From an uncultured Desulfovibrionaceae bacterium (GTDB lineage Bacteria; Desulfobacterota; Desulfovibrionia; Desulfovibrionales; Desulfovibrionaceae): DNA of 47,802 nucleotides. The stretch spans positions 1,785-49,586 of the forward strand of contig CAYJIB010000003.1 in NCBI GenBank assembly GCA_964370125.1, in the 5' to 3' direction. Numbering within the stretch: the stretch's first letter is position 1; each line of letters opens with the position of its first letter. Made by a program: the position numbers and the translations under genes. Below, piece by piece: positions 35,923-44,777 of this stretch. Below the pieces are notes generated by a model. It saw only the letters and a program-made list of their open reading frames with translations. It did no database searches and was not told the DNA's origin.

Positions 35923-36605
35923 GATGTCCACCTGTTCCTGTAATCGTCAGCTGAGACAGGGATAGAATAAAGCATAAAGGGCAAGAGGACAATATAGGCC
36001 CAAATAATATTGACATAAAAGCCCGCACCTTTATAGAGAAGAAGCTCAACACACAGGCAAAAAGTAATAAAAAGCCCTAAGATTTTGCGCTTTATTTGCG
36101 GTTCAAGCAAGACAAAGGCTCCGCCAAGATAGACAAAGAAGCCGGCAATAAACCAAGGTAGGGTATTGACAAAGGCTGAAAAAACTATTTCAAAAGGGAA
36201 ATAATAGCTCATCATAGCCAGTAAGACAGTCATATCGATGGCAAAAACACAAAAAAGAAAGAGCAAGCCAAAAAGAGCGTGAAAAAGCACCATGGTCGAA
36301 GAATCACAAGGGGCGTGAAGGGCAATGCGAATACGAGCGTCACGCATTTCTTGCAAAAACTGAAAAGTGCAAAAGAGCAGGGCCGTAATGATGGGAATAA
36401 AGGTTAACTCTTGATAAGGAAGTTGGCCAAGTTCAACAAGCCTGTGCCAAACGACCTCTGAATGGTCCAGAGTGAAAAGTCTGCGAATAGAGATAAAATT
36501 CCAGGCCATATAGGCAAGGTTAAAGGCCAAGAGCGCAAGCATAACCAGTCGAGTTTTAACAATTTCTTTGTAAAAAACTGAAGCGAGCATCGCGAAGGCA
36601 TTCAT
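35919..36605 (-). CDS. Polytopic membrane protein (putative permease partner of the ABC ATPase)
   Basis: About 6 TM helices. Its start at 36605 is directly after the ABC stop codon. Confidence 0.65.
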   Translation of the reverse strand: MNAFAMLASVFYKEIVKTRLVMLALLAFNLAYMAWNFISIRRLFTLDHSEVVWHRLVELGQLPYQELTFIPIITALLFCTFQFLQEMRDARIRIALHAPCDSSTMVLFHALFGLLFLFCVFAIDMTVLLAMMSYYFPFEIVFSAFVNTLPWFIAGFFVYLGGAFVLLEPQIKRKILGLFITFCLCVELLLYKGAGFYVNIIWAYIVLLPFMLYSIPVSADDYRNRWTS

Positions 36606-36606
36606 A

Positions 36607-37515
36607 CTAATACCTTCCCGTATAGCCAATAAAGGCGTCTTCAATGTCCATAGCTGTCTTGTTAATGCCAAGAGTATTTAGGCCTGTTTTTTGGAAATCC
36701 TGCAAAATAGCGTCTTCATCGGCGTACATAAAGACTTGAGCAAAGTCTTTGTGCCATTCTGCATTGACAAAAAGACTTGGGTCAAGGGCGTCAATCATTT
36801 TCTTGACGCTTTCTTTGTTGCTTGTTGTCGGTACGGTATAGCAGCTGAATTCGCTCATAAAAGCGTTCAAAGAGGTGGCGAGGGCGGGCTTGTTGCGACG
36901 CATAAAGACCACTTCGTCAACAAAGTTTTGTAGGTCTTGAATGACGTGTGAGGTGATGATGATGGTGTGTTTGCCGTCTCGCAGGTGTTCACACAAATAG
37001 TCAATAAAAAGACGACGATAGCCAGCATCAAGACCCATGGAATAATCGTCAAGGATAAGCAGTTCTGGGTCTTGAGCAAGGATAAGACCAAGCACAATTT
37101 GTGAGCGTTGCCCTTCGCTCATGTGACCTATGCGATGCGAATAAGGCAGGCCAAGTCTGTCGACAAGGTCATAATAGACATCGGGCTTCCACTTTTTATA
37201 AAATCTGCGGGTAAATTTTTCGGCTTGTTCAATCGAAAAGAAATCATAGGCAAGATGACGCTCAAAGAGCAGGCCGACTCTTTCGCGAGTTTCTGGACGA
37301 ATGGCATAGGCAGGATCGCCAAAAATTTTGCAAATCCCACCAGTTGGGCGCATGAAGCCCATAAGTATTTGGATAAGTGTTGTTTTTCCCACACCGTTTT
37401 TACCAAGCAAGGCATAGACTTTTCCCTTGGGTATGGTCAAAGAAAGAGAGTTGTACAGCTCTCTTTGCCCATAATTATGAGAAAGGTTTTCAATTACAAT
37501 GGGGTGGTGTTCCAC
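36607..37515 (-). CDS. ABC transporter ATP-binding protein (ABC-2 type)
   Basis: Walker A GKNGVGKTT, signature MSEGQRSQ and Walker B LLILDD. The GTG start at 37515 with aagga upstream is inferred, so the true start is uncertain (the ORF extends to 37578). Confidence 0.8.
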   Translation of the reverse strand: MEHHPIVIENLSHNYGQRELYNSLSLTIPKGKVYALLGKNGVGKTTLIQILMGFMRPTGGICKIFGDPAYAIRPETRERVGLLFERHLAYDFFSIEQAEKFTRRFYKKWKPDVYYDLVDRLGLPYSHRIGHMSEGQRSQIVLGLILAQDPELLILDDYSMGLDAGYRRLFIDYLCEHLRDGKHTIIITSHVIQDLQNFVDEVVFMRRNKPALATSLNAFMSEFSCYTVPTTSNKESVKKMIDALDPSLFVNAEWHKDFAQVFMYADEDAILQDFQKTGLNTLGINKTAMDIEDAFIGYTGRY

Positions 37516-37557
37516 TTTTTTGTCCTTTAATCCGCAATTGCTTGTCAGACCTTCCAA

Positions 37558-37576
37558 GAAAATGAAAGTCAAAATC
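37558..37576. promoter_or_regulatory. Fur-box-like site upstream of the ABC-feoAB gene array
   Basis: GAAAATGAAAGTCAAAATC matches 14 of 19 positions of GATAATGATAATCATTATC by my alignment. A possible promoter lies upstream on the minus strand (TTGACA-N18-TACTAA, about 37612-37641). Confidence 0.4.
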
Positions 37577-37772
37577 AAAAAAAATTGAAGCTGCCTTCTA
37601 TTTAACTAGGACTTGTTTAGTAGCTTGTTTTGATAATGCTTGTCAAGTCTTTGTCGGGTAATTTTTGAAGTTTTTTGGAAGTTTCAGAAAAGAATTTAAA
37701 ATTTTTACTAAAGAAAAAGAGTCAGGGAAGGAGTAAAAAAGTTGAAAAAGACACTTGTATCGACACTGCCTA

Positions 37773-37916
37773 GAGTGCGTTAACATAAAATGATTTTTCG
37801 AATTATATCTAGGAAGATGAGTGGGCTTTGAGGAGTTTATAAAAACATAAATGACCGAAAAAGCCCATGAAATCTGACGCAGAGATAATCGAAAAGGCGT
37901 TTATGTTAACACGCTC
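37773..37916 (+). repeat. Structured element copy B: long imperfect outer stem enclosing the same conserved core as 9545-9672
   Basis: The core (37813-37883) is about 90 percent identical to copy A. The arms (gcgttaacataaa.. / ..tttatgttaacacgc) are unrelated in sequence to the copy A arms but are again self-complementary. Confidence 0.7.
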
Positions 37917-37930
37917 CAGAAAAAAGACGC

Positions 37931-37988
37931 AAAAAAACACTCATACACCTTTATGCATGGGAAAGCGTAAGGTGATATGAGTGTTTTT
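37931..37988 (-). terminator. Rho-independent terminator of the flagellin gene
   Basis: Long hairpin aaaacactcata..cacctt / aaggtg..tatgagtgtttt followed by a U-run on the minus strand. Confidence 0.7.
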
Positions 37989-38031
37989 CGTATAAAGTCA
38001 AGCCCAGCAATCAGGCTCTTCCTGCCAAAAA

Positions 38032-39408
38032 CTAACCGATAAGCTGTTGAGCCATTTGCGGAATGCTGTTTGCTTGGCTGAGCATACCGACAGCAGCTTG
38101 TGTCAAGGTTTGGTTTCTGACAAATTCAGTCATTTCTGTTGTTACGTTTACGTCTGAGATACGAGACTCAGCGGCTTGAATGTTTTGTCTTTGCACTGTC
38201 AAGTTTTCCATTGTTGCAGCGAGACGGTTTTGCAAGGCACCGATGTGCGCACGCACTCTGTCTTTTTCAACAATCGCATTTGTAAGAGCGTCTAGGGCTT
38301 TTTGTGCATTTTCTTGTGTGCGAATACTGTGCCCCGGCTGAGTGTCTGCACGAGAGAGGCTAACGGCTTCTTCCATCATGCCTTCAAAAGGCCTAAAGTC
38401 TGTTGTGCCGTCACGCAAGGTGGCGTCTTCGGGCGGAATGGCCATGCCACTTACGGAATCGTTCCAGTTTGCAGCGAGGGTGTAGTCAAGGTATTGGCCT
38501 GGAGCTGTTGTTGGGGTGTATTCGCCCAAAAATTCTCTATCGATTCCCAAGGTTTCTGAAAGAAGAACCATGAAATCTTCCGGGGTGTCTTCTGAATTGC
38601 CTTCACCTGTAATATGCAGGGCATAGGCATCGGCCATGACGGCGGCTTCGATGAGAGATTCGGTGGCATTGTCTGCGACACCGGCAGCGTCAGCGGCAAA
38701 GGCGTCAATTACTGCGGCCACGCCGATAAATTCACCGTTTTCTTTGAGTATATTCGTTGTATCAGTGCCCCAACCGCCTGTGCGATCGATTTGGCTGGCC
38801 TGGAAATAACCTACGGTTTCATCGATAGTAGGCATACCTGCTGTTTTACCAACGCCAAGGGCAGAAGCTGTTGTTTCAGCGATTTCAATGTCGTAATAGT
38901 CTTCTGTAGAATCGTTGCCTGTTCCAAAGTGAATGCGCACGGCACCGCTGGCGTCAAGTGTGCTTCCGTCGTGGACGCCTGAAAGGCTTCCGTCAAGTAA
39001 TTTGATCCCGTTAAAGTCTGTCGCTTCGGCGATACGAGTAACCTCGTCGGCCATTGCTTGGTATTCATCATCAATGATACCACGTTGAATTTCATCATAA
39101 GTACCCGTTGCGGCTTGCTCGGCAAGTTCTTTCATACGGATAAGCTTTTGGTCGACTACGCCGAGTGCGCCGTCAGCTGTTTGCAAAAGGGATACGCCGT
39201 CGTTTGCGTTGCGGATACCTTGTTGCAAGGTGGTGATTTCAGAGCGCATAATCTCACGAATAGCAAGACCCGCTGCGTCGTCGGACGCGCCCATAACTCT
39301 AAGACCAGAAGACAAACGCTGAACTGATTTGTCCATATTTGCATAGTGAGCGTTTAAGTTGTTGCCTGCACCATACGCCATTAAGTTGTTGTTGATTACT
39401 AAAGACAT
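38032..39408 (-). CDS. Flagellin
   Basis: Conserved N-terminus (MSLVINNNLMA..LSSGLRV..DDAAGLAI) and C-terminus (..TQAAVGMLSQANSIPQMAQQLIG). GGAGG RBS precedes the ATG at 39408. Confidence 0.9.
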   Translation of the reverse strand: MSLVINNNLMAYGAGNNLNAHYANMDKSVQRLSSGLRVMGASDDAAGLAIREIMRSEITTLQQGIRNANDGVSLLQTADGALGVVDQKLIRMKELAEQAATGTYDEIQRGIIDDEYQAMADEVTRIAEATDFNGIKLLDGSLSGVHDGSTLDASGAVRIHFGTGNDSTEDYYDIEIAETTASALGVGKTAGMPTIDETVGYFQASQIDRTGGWGTDTTNILKENGEFIGVAAVIDAFAADAAGVADNATESLIEAAVMADAYALHITGEGNSEDTPEDFMVLLSETLGIDREFLGEYTPTTAPGQYLDYTLAANWNDSVSGMAIPPEDATLRDGTTDFRPFEGMMEEAVSLSRADTQPGHSIRTQENAQKALDALTNAIVEKDRVRAHIGALQNRLAATMENLTVQRQNIQAAESRISDVNVTTEMTEFVRNQTLTQAAVGMLSQANSIPQMAQQLIG

Positions 39409-39636
39409 AACATTCCTCCGTGAATGAGCTTTCAATTAAAGCTGTAAACTTTTTTTAGCCTTGAGCCTTAAGCGGCAACAAGAGCTTGACTTATACGTTT
39501 TTCAAGAGAAGACTTTTTGACAGCCTTGTGCTTGATGTTTTTCATTATGCACAAGGCGTGCCACATTGTGCTCAAGCCCTGTTTTGTCTTAGAGCCATGC
39601 GGATATAGGAATTTTTTTTCTAGACTTTTTTGAGAA

Positions 39637-39662
39637 TAATCGGCGAAAGAGGAAAAAATTGA
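39637..39662 (-). promoter_or_regulatory. Possible sigma28-type promoter for flagellin
   Basis: Minus strand reads TCAA-N14-GCCGATTA, against the consensus TAAA-N15-GCCGATAA. It implies a leader of about 225 nt. Confidence 0.25.
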
Positions 39663-39931
39663 CCGGTGCATTTTGCACAAAAAAAGGCCCTTGATAGGCC
39701 TTGGATTTGGGGATTTTCACGCCTAGGCCTCCCTCTGGGAGGGAGGTGGCAGGCGTAGCCTGACGGTGGGAGAATGCGTATTTACTGGGCGAAGCCACAA
39801 AATAAAAGTCCGCTTGCTCCCCCTGCTTTCGCTTCGCTCAAGCTTTCCCCCTCCCGGAGGGGGGCTTTAAAAGGCACTTGCTAGCATAAAGTTAGCTTCC
39901 CCTAACTTTAAGAAAATAGGAAGGGCGCCCT

Positions 39932-40864
39932 TTATTCACTTTTCCGCAAAGCACAGAACATCTGCACAGCTAAATTCTCAAGGACAAGGGAAGCTTTTAC
40001 CCCCATGTCGCAAGAATGTGCGGCTTTTTGAGTAAGGTCTGACAAGGCTAAAAGCTTTGCCGCATCGCAAGTCGAAAAAATCTGGGCAAGTCTGTTGTTT
40101 GCATTTTCATTGTGGACGTCGATGAGGGCTCTTTGTATCATTAGTATAATCTGGCGGACTTGAGCGTGTCCCAAATCTTTTTTGTCATTGCTTGCGTTTA
40201 AGAAGTCTTGTCCGCCTGAAACAAAGTTGCACAGGCGGGCTTCCCATTCAAGGAAGGCGGCAGCTTGTTCTTGCTTTTTGGAGCAAGGAAGAGGCAAAAC
40301 CCAAGAACGAGAGACCAAGGTCGGCAATAATTGCCTTCTTTGCGGTGTAAGCAAAAGAAAGCAGACCTGCCTTAGCGGATCTTCCATGGCTTTGAGCAAG
40401 GTATTGGCCGACTCTGATGTAAGGGCTTGCGCCTCGGCAAAGATGATCATACGGTAAGGGAGGCTTGCGGCCTGCGAGAAAAAGGGACGTAAAGCTCGCA
40501 CATCTTCTACTTTGATGCTGCCCTCCCTCCCATCAAAGAGATGAACATCTGCGGCAAGCAAGGCTCCAATGCTAAGGCAAGAATGGCAAGCCAGGCAAGG
40601 GTCTTGCGTGTAATCGCCTTGATTTTCTGCCTTTTTTTGACAATTCAAATAGGCAGAAATCCACAAAGCAAAGGAAAAACGCTCTTCTTGCGATCCCCCT
40701 TCAATAAGCAAGGCTTGCGGCGGATTTGCATAGAGTTCTTTTGCCAAAAGGCGAGAGCTTTCGAGATTTTGCTCTAATGCAGGCGCATAATGTTTCCAAA
40801 TTTCTGGTTGACTTGGCATGGCTGTCTCTTTTGCCAAAGCCTTCTTTGTGGTCTTTTTTGTCAT
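39932..40864 (-). CDS. holB: DNA polymerase III delta-prime subunit-like (HolB)
   Basis: Degenerate P-loop region ALLIEGGSQEERFSFALWISAYLNC, a Cys cluster C..C..C, and LLKAMEDP....LLT....LLPTLVSR. The start codon is uncertain (alternative Met at residue 16). Confidence 0.7.
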   Translation of the reverse strand: MTKKTTKKALAKETAMPSQPEIWKHYAPALEQNLESSRLLAKELYANPPQALLIEGGSQEERFSFALWISAYLNCQKKAENQGDYTQDPCLACHSCLSIGALLAADVHLFDGREGSIKVEDVRALRPFFSQAASLPYRMIIFAEAQALTSESANTLLKAMEDPLRQVCFLLLTPQRRQLLPTLVSRSWVLPLPCSKKQEQAAAFLEWEARLCNFVSGGQDFLNASNDKKDLGHAQVRQIILMIQRALIDVHNENANNRLAQIFSTCDAAKLLALSDLTQKAAHSCDMGVKASLVLENLAVQMFCALRKSE

Positions 40865-40881
40865 GTTTTCTTTGTCTCGTC

Positions 40882-43800
40882 TTAATTTTTGCTACCGAGA
40901 TTTTCATTGCACAATCTGTTGACGCTTTGTAAGTATTCTTGTGACTTTTCAAGATAGAAAGACAGGGCTTTTGAGAAATTTTTTCCTACAAGGCCATCAA
41001 CATAAAGCTGGCTCACTTCTCGAACACGCACCAAAACATGTTGCGAGCGGGCAAAAACTAACCTTTCTTCAGGGCTCATTTTGGCGACAAATTTGGCAAG
41101 GCGTTGTTGAGCATAGGGCAAATAATACCAAAAATACATCAAATCAAGAGCGTTTATGATAGAAGCCAGATAGAGCTGTCTTTGCTCAGCGCAAACAATA
41201 TGGATATATTTTTTGGGCTTTGCAAATAAAGACAACATGTCTTCATCAGGAAAGGCCAGCTCAAGCCTTGTGAAATTGGCAAAGACAGCCTGAATTTTGG
41301 CTTGATAATCTAGGCTACGAAGACGCCAGTTGACCTTTCTTTCGGCTATGCCCTCAATAAGACCGGCCACAGTATCAGAAGCGGCCTTACTGATAATAGC
41401 GGTACTTGGCACCATAAAACTTAAAGGGTCGGCCACTCCCATAAAGAGGAAGGCGGCAAAAAGTCCGTCAAAATAGAGCATAGCCAAGGGAATGGCAAGG
41501 ACAGAACGAAAGGCATTGCCGATAATCGCTTCTTTTGGCAGACCACGAAAGAGATTGTGCCCAGAAATATACAGACCATTGGCAACAGAAATGCTGGTAA
41601 AGACAAGGGTTGGCGCGTTTTCAACGCTAAGGCCTAGCAATTCGCCAAGCAACATCTTGCGCATTCCCCATTCTAAAAGCACAACAGAAAGTCCTGTATA
41701 CATGAGCGAATCGCAAATCCTCCCCCAATCTATGTGATGTTTCCATCGCAAGAGCGAAGGGCGGCGAAGGGTTCCACCTGCAAGAATTGCCTGCACAATA
41801 TTGCGGACACCTGTAATCAAAAACCAAATAATAGCTCCACCATAAGCCAAGAACCAAAAGCTTTGTGTTGCCCAAAAGGCAAGCATGGCAGGGATAAAGC
41901 CAATAAGCAATTTTAAGCCATTAGCGACATGTTTATTGAGGTAGCTCAAATGATCGATAGCAGAAAATTTTTCCTCTTGCTTTTCTGCACGCTCAAGAGT
42001 GTTTTCCTTGGCAATATCAGGCTTAATGCCGCCCATTGTGCCGATATTGGCATTATTTGTATTTGTTTGTCCATTTGTATAATAGGCATCGCTAGAAGGT
42101 GAAGACCATTCTCGGCTTTTTTGCATAGAAAGGTCGCTCAAAAAAGGCACATGGCGCAAAAGCCGCACACAAGAAGGCCAAAAGCCTCTTTGCGGCAAGT
42201 TGTCTGAATAGCAATCACAACGCACAACATGTAAATGAATAGGCACAACAATGCCACTTTGCTTTTGAATTTCTCGTATTGCGCTTTGCCCCCGCATAGG
42301 CAAAGTGTTGATCACCGCAAGGCCCATGCCGTGCCGCATATTGGCATTGCTTGTTGAATCTGTTCCCAAGCGTGAGCGCAGGGGCATTTCTTTATACATA
42401 TTTTGTAAGGCAGAAATATTGTGCAAAATATTGCGAAATTTCTCGCAGCGCTGACTGTCTTTTTCACCATTTTGTTCAAATTGTGTGATCATTTGCCGCA
42501 AAATAAATTTCATGCGTGGAGCAGAGCCATTGTTGAGATTTTGTTGCATAAGGCTTATGGCCTCAAGATCTTTACAATGCCCATGATACCATTCTTTAAG
42601 ATTAAAAAGCTCCAAATGCGTGATAAGGCCCTTACAATCCCACAAAATTTCTAAAACATCGGTGGCGCTTAGGTGCGCAAGCTGCAAAGTCGCTCGATAG
42701 CTTGAGCGTAAGCTTGAGAGGTGATGCAGAAGTTCACGAGGTGACATACGCAAAATTTCTGGGATTGTGCTGTCACAGCTAGGAACATAGGGCGAAGGAA
42801 GCTCGGGATTGCATGAAGGCTCAATCCATGTTTCCCCTATTTTTTCTACTGAAAGACCGTGGCAGACCTGCAAAAGGGCATCAAGTTCTTTTTGTTCTTC
42901 GCTGTTTGCGTCTAAAAAAAGGTCGGCAATTTCTACTATGCGCTCTTCAAGCAAGGGTACAAGCTCTTTGTAGGCAAATTCTGCAAGGTGCATATATGAG
43001 GCTTGGCCAGCGCCCACATAACGCAAAAACTTTTCTTCTTGCAATAAAGGCAGGGAAATGCCAAGCTCTCTGGCTATGCTTGGTGCGTGTTTTGTGTTCC
43101 AATGGTGCAGGCTTTGTACAACATGCCTTTGCTTCCACATCGAGACTTCTCGCCCTTTGAGCATGAGCTTGGCGACGTCAGATTCTTGCATAAAAGCAAG
43201 AAAGCTGTCTGTATCGCTAAAACCTCGCGGTGCCCAAGTAAGTCGAATAAAACGATCATAAAAAGGGACTTGAAATTCAAGGGCAATACGCACATTGATG
43301 TCCATGATTTCAGCGGCAGTCAACAGCTCTTTAGCCACTTCTTTATCGACATAATTGTAATAGACCACAGTCAAAAAACGCACGCCCTTTACCCAGGCGT
43401 CCATGATAAGGTGGGTCGGATTTTTGCGGCCTTTTGTGTTGGCGTCGTGAACATGGTGATCAAGGGTGAGCTGATTGCACTCTTCAGGCATCTCTATGAG
43501 GAATTGCTTCTTTAAAAAAGAACGGACAATGCGGGCATTGCCTAAAAGTACACGGCGAAAATCGTGAACAAGGCGCAACTGCTTTAGGGGTGTGCCACGC
43601 GAACGCACAATGTCCTTCATTAGCTGAATAAGCACACGCCCCGTATTGTATCGAAAGCTTGTACGTGCGCTGTGCAAGACCTCATCTCGAAGGGCTTCAA
43701 GAGCCATCAGGCGATCTTCTGAAGAGCTGGTTTGTAAACTGTCAAGCAAATTGATTACGGCTTGCGCCATGCGGTATTCGGGGCTAGTGGCGAGACGTAC

Positions 43801-43935
43801 AACGCCATGAGGATGCAAATTTGCGTCAAATATTTTTTTTTGCCGATCCAAATAATCTACATGATCAAGGGTTTTGTTGATCATGCTTAAAAGCTCATAA
43901 TCGTGCTTGTCAAAAAATAATGAACGCCTTAACAT
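40882..43935 (-). CDS. 1017-aa protein of unknown function: soluble N-terminal region of about 650 aa plus a C-terminal polytopic membrane region
   Basis: A long uninterrupted ORF with several predicted TM helices between about residues 690 and 880. I recognise no motif. Confidence 0.8.
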   Translation of the reverse strand: MLRRSLFFDKHDYELLSMINKTLDHVDYLDRQKKIFDANLHPHGVVRLATSPEYRMAQAVINLLDSLQTSSSEDRLMALEALRDEVLHSARTSFRYNTGRVLIQLMKDIVRSRGTPLKQLRLVHDFRRVLLGNARIVRSFLKKQFLIEMPEECNQLTLDHHVHDANTKGRKNPTHLIMDAWVKGVRFLTVVYYNYVDKEVAKELLTAAEIMDINVRIALEFQVPFYDRFIRLTWAPRGFSDTDSFLAFMQESDVAKLMLKGREVSMWKQRHVVQSLHHWNTKHAPSIARELGISLPLLQEEKFLRYVGAGQASYMHLAEFAYKELVPLLEERIVEIADLFLDANSEEQKELDALLQVCHGLSVEKIGETWIEPSCNPELPSPYVPSCDSTIPEILRMSPRELLHHLSSLRSSYRATLQLAHLSATDVLEILWDCKGLITHLELFNLKEWYHGHCKDLEAISLMQQNLNNGSAPRMKFILRQMITQFEQNGEKDSQRCEKFRNILHNISALQNMYKEMPLRSRLGTDSTSNANMRHGMGLAVINTLPMRGQSAIREIQKQSGIVVPIHLHVVRCDCYSDNLPQRGFWPSCVRLLRHVPFLSDLSMQKSREWSSPSSDAYYTNGQTNTNNANIGTMGGIKPDIAKENTLERAEKQEEKFSAIDHLSYLNKHVANGLKLLIGFIPAMLAFWATQSFWFLAYGGAIIWFLITGVRNIVQAILAGGTLRRPSLLRWKHHIDWGRICDSLMYTGLSVVLLEWGMRKMLLGELLGLSVENAPTLVFTSISVANGLYISGHNLFRGLPKEAIIGNAFRSVLAIPLAMLYFDGLFAAFLFMGVADPLSFMVPSTAIISKAASDTVAGLIEGIAERKVNWRLRSLDYQAKIQAVFANFTRLELAFPDEDMLSLFAKPKKYIHIVCAEQRQLYLASIINALDLMYFWYYLPYAQQRLAKFVAKMSPEERLVFARSQHVLVRVREVSQLYVDGLVGKNFSKALSFYLEKSQEYLQSVNRLCNENLGSKN

Positions 43936-44039
43936 TTGCTGTCCTTATGCGTGAAGAAAATTCGATATATAGTACTGCTATAAAACAGCAAAAAGAAATG
44001 ATAAAGTTGGCACAAAATGTGAGAAGTCTTGTGGCTTTG

Positions 44040-44759
44040 TTATAAAGAAAAAGCCTCCCCAAGATACATTGTCCTTGCTTGTGGATTGTCAACAATTTCT
44101 TTTGGCGTTCCATAAAGGGCAACTTGGCCTTCTACCATCAAATAGGCCCTGTCGCAAATGCTTAAGGTTTCTCGCACATTGTGATCTGAAATAAGCACGC
44201 CTATCCCTTTTTTGCACAAAATGCGAATAATGTCTTGAATATCGCCAACAGCCAAGGGATCAATGCCCGCAAAAGGCTCGTCAAGCAAGATACATTGTGG
44301 CTCGCGGATAAGGGCACGAGCGATTTCAAGGCGACGCCGCTCTCCACCAGAAAGCTGCAGAGCCTGAGAGTTTGCAAGCCTTGTCAGGCCAAATTCTTCA
44401 AGCAAATTGTCCGCTCTTTCGGCCTGTTCTTTTTTAGAAAAGTCCGTGTATTCAAACATGATTTGCAGATTTTCTCTTACCGTAAGGCGACGAAAAATAG
44501 AAGACTCTTGTGGCAAATACGAAATGCCAATACGGGCCCTGTCGTGCAAAGGCCAATGTGTGATGTCTGTATCATTAAAAAGCACACGCCCAGCCGTTGG
44601 CTTGATGATGCCTGTGAGCATATAGAAAGTGGTCGTCTTGCCAGCGCCATTTGGCCCAAGAAGTCCCACCACCTCGCCTTGTTCAAGCTTTGGGGATACT
44701 TTGTTTACGACATTTTTCTTGCCGTAGTTCTTGCACAAATCAAGGCCTTCAAGTTTCAT
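44040..44759 (-). CDS. lptB: LPS export ABC transporter ATP-binding protein
   Basis: GPNGAGKTTTFYM, LSGGERRRLEIARAL, and the genomic context after lptC and lptA. Confidence 0.9.
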   Translation of the reverse strand: MKLEGLDLCKNYGKKNVVNKVSPKLEQGEVVGLLGPNGAGKTTTFYMLTGIIKPTAGRVLFNDTDITHWPLHDRARIGISYLPQESSIFRRLTVRENLQIMFEYTDFSKKEQAERADNLLEEFGLTRLANSQALQLSGGERRRLEIARALIREPQCILLDEPFAGIDPLAVGDIQDIIRILCKKGIGVLISDHNVRETLSICDRAYLMVEGQVALYGTPKEIVDNPQARTMYLGEAFSL

Positions 44760-44777
44760 GTGAATTTTTCCACTTGC

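Noticed and set aside
43936-44039. TGGCAC-N5-GTGA on the plus strand between lptB and the 1017-aa gene, as a sigma54 promoter.
   Set aside because: The -12 element does not match TTGC, and no plus-strand gene lies downstream. Both neighbours are on the minus strand.
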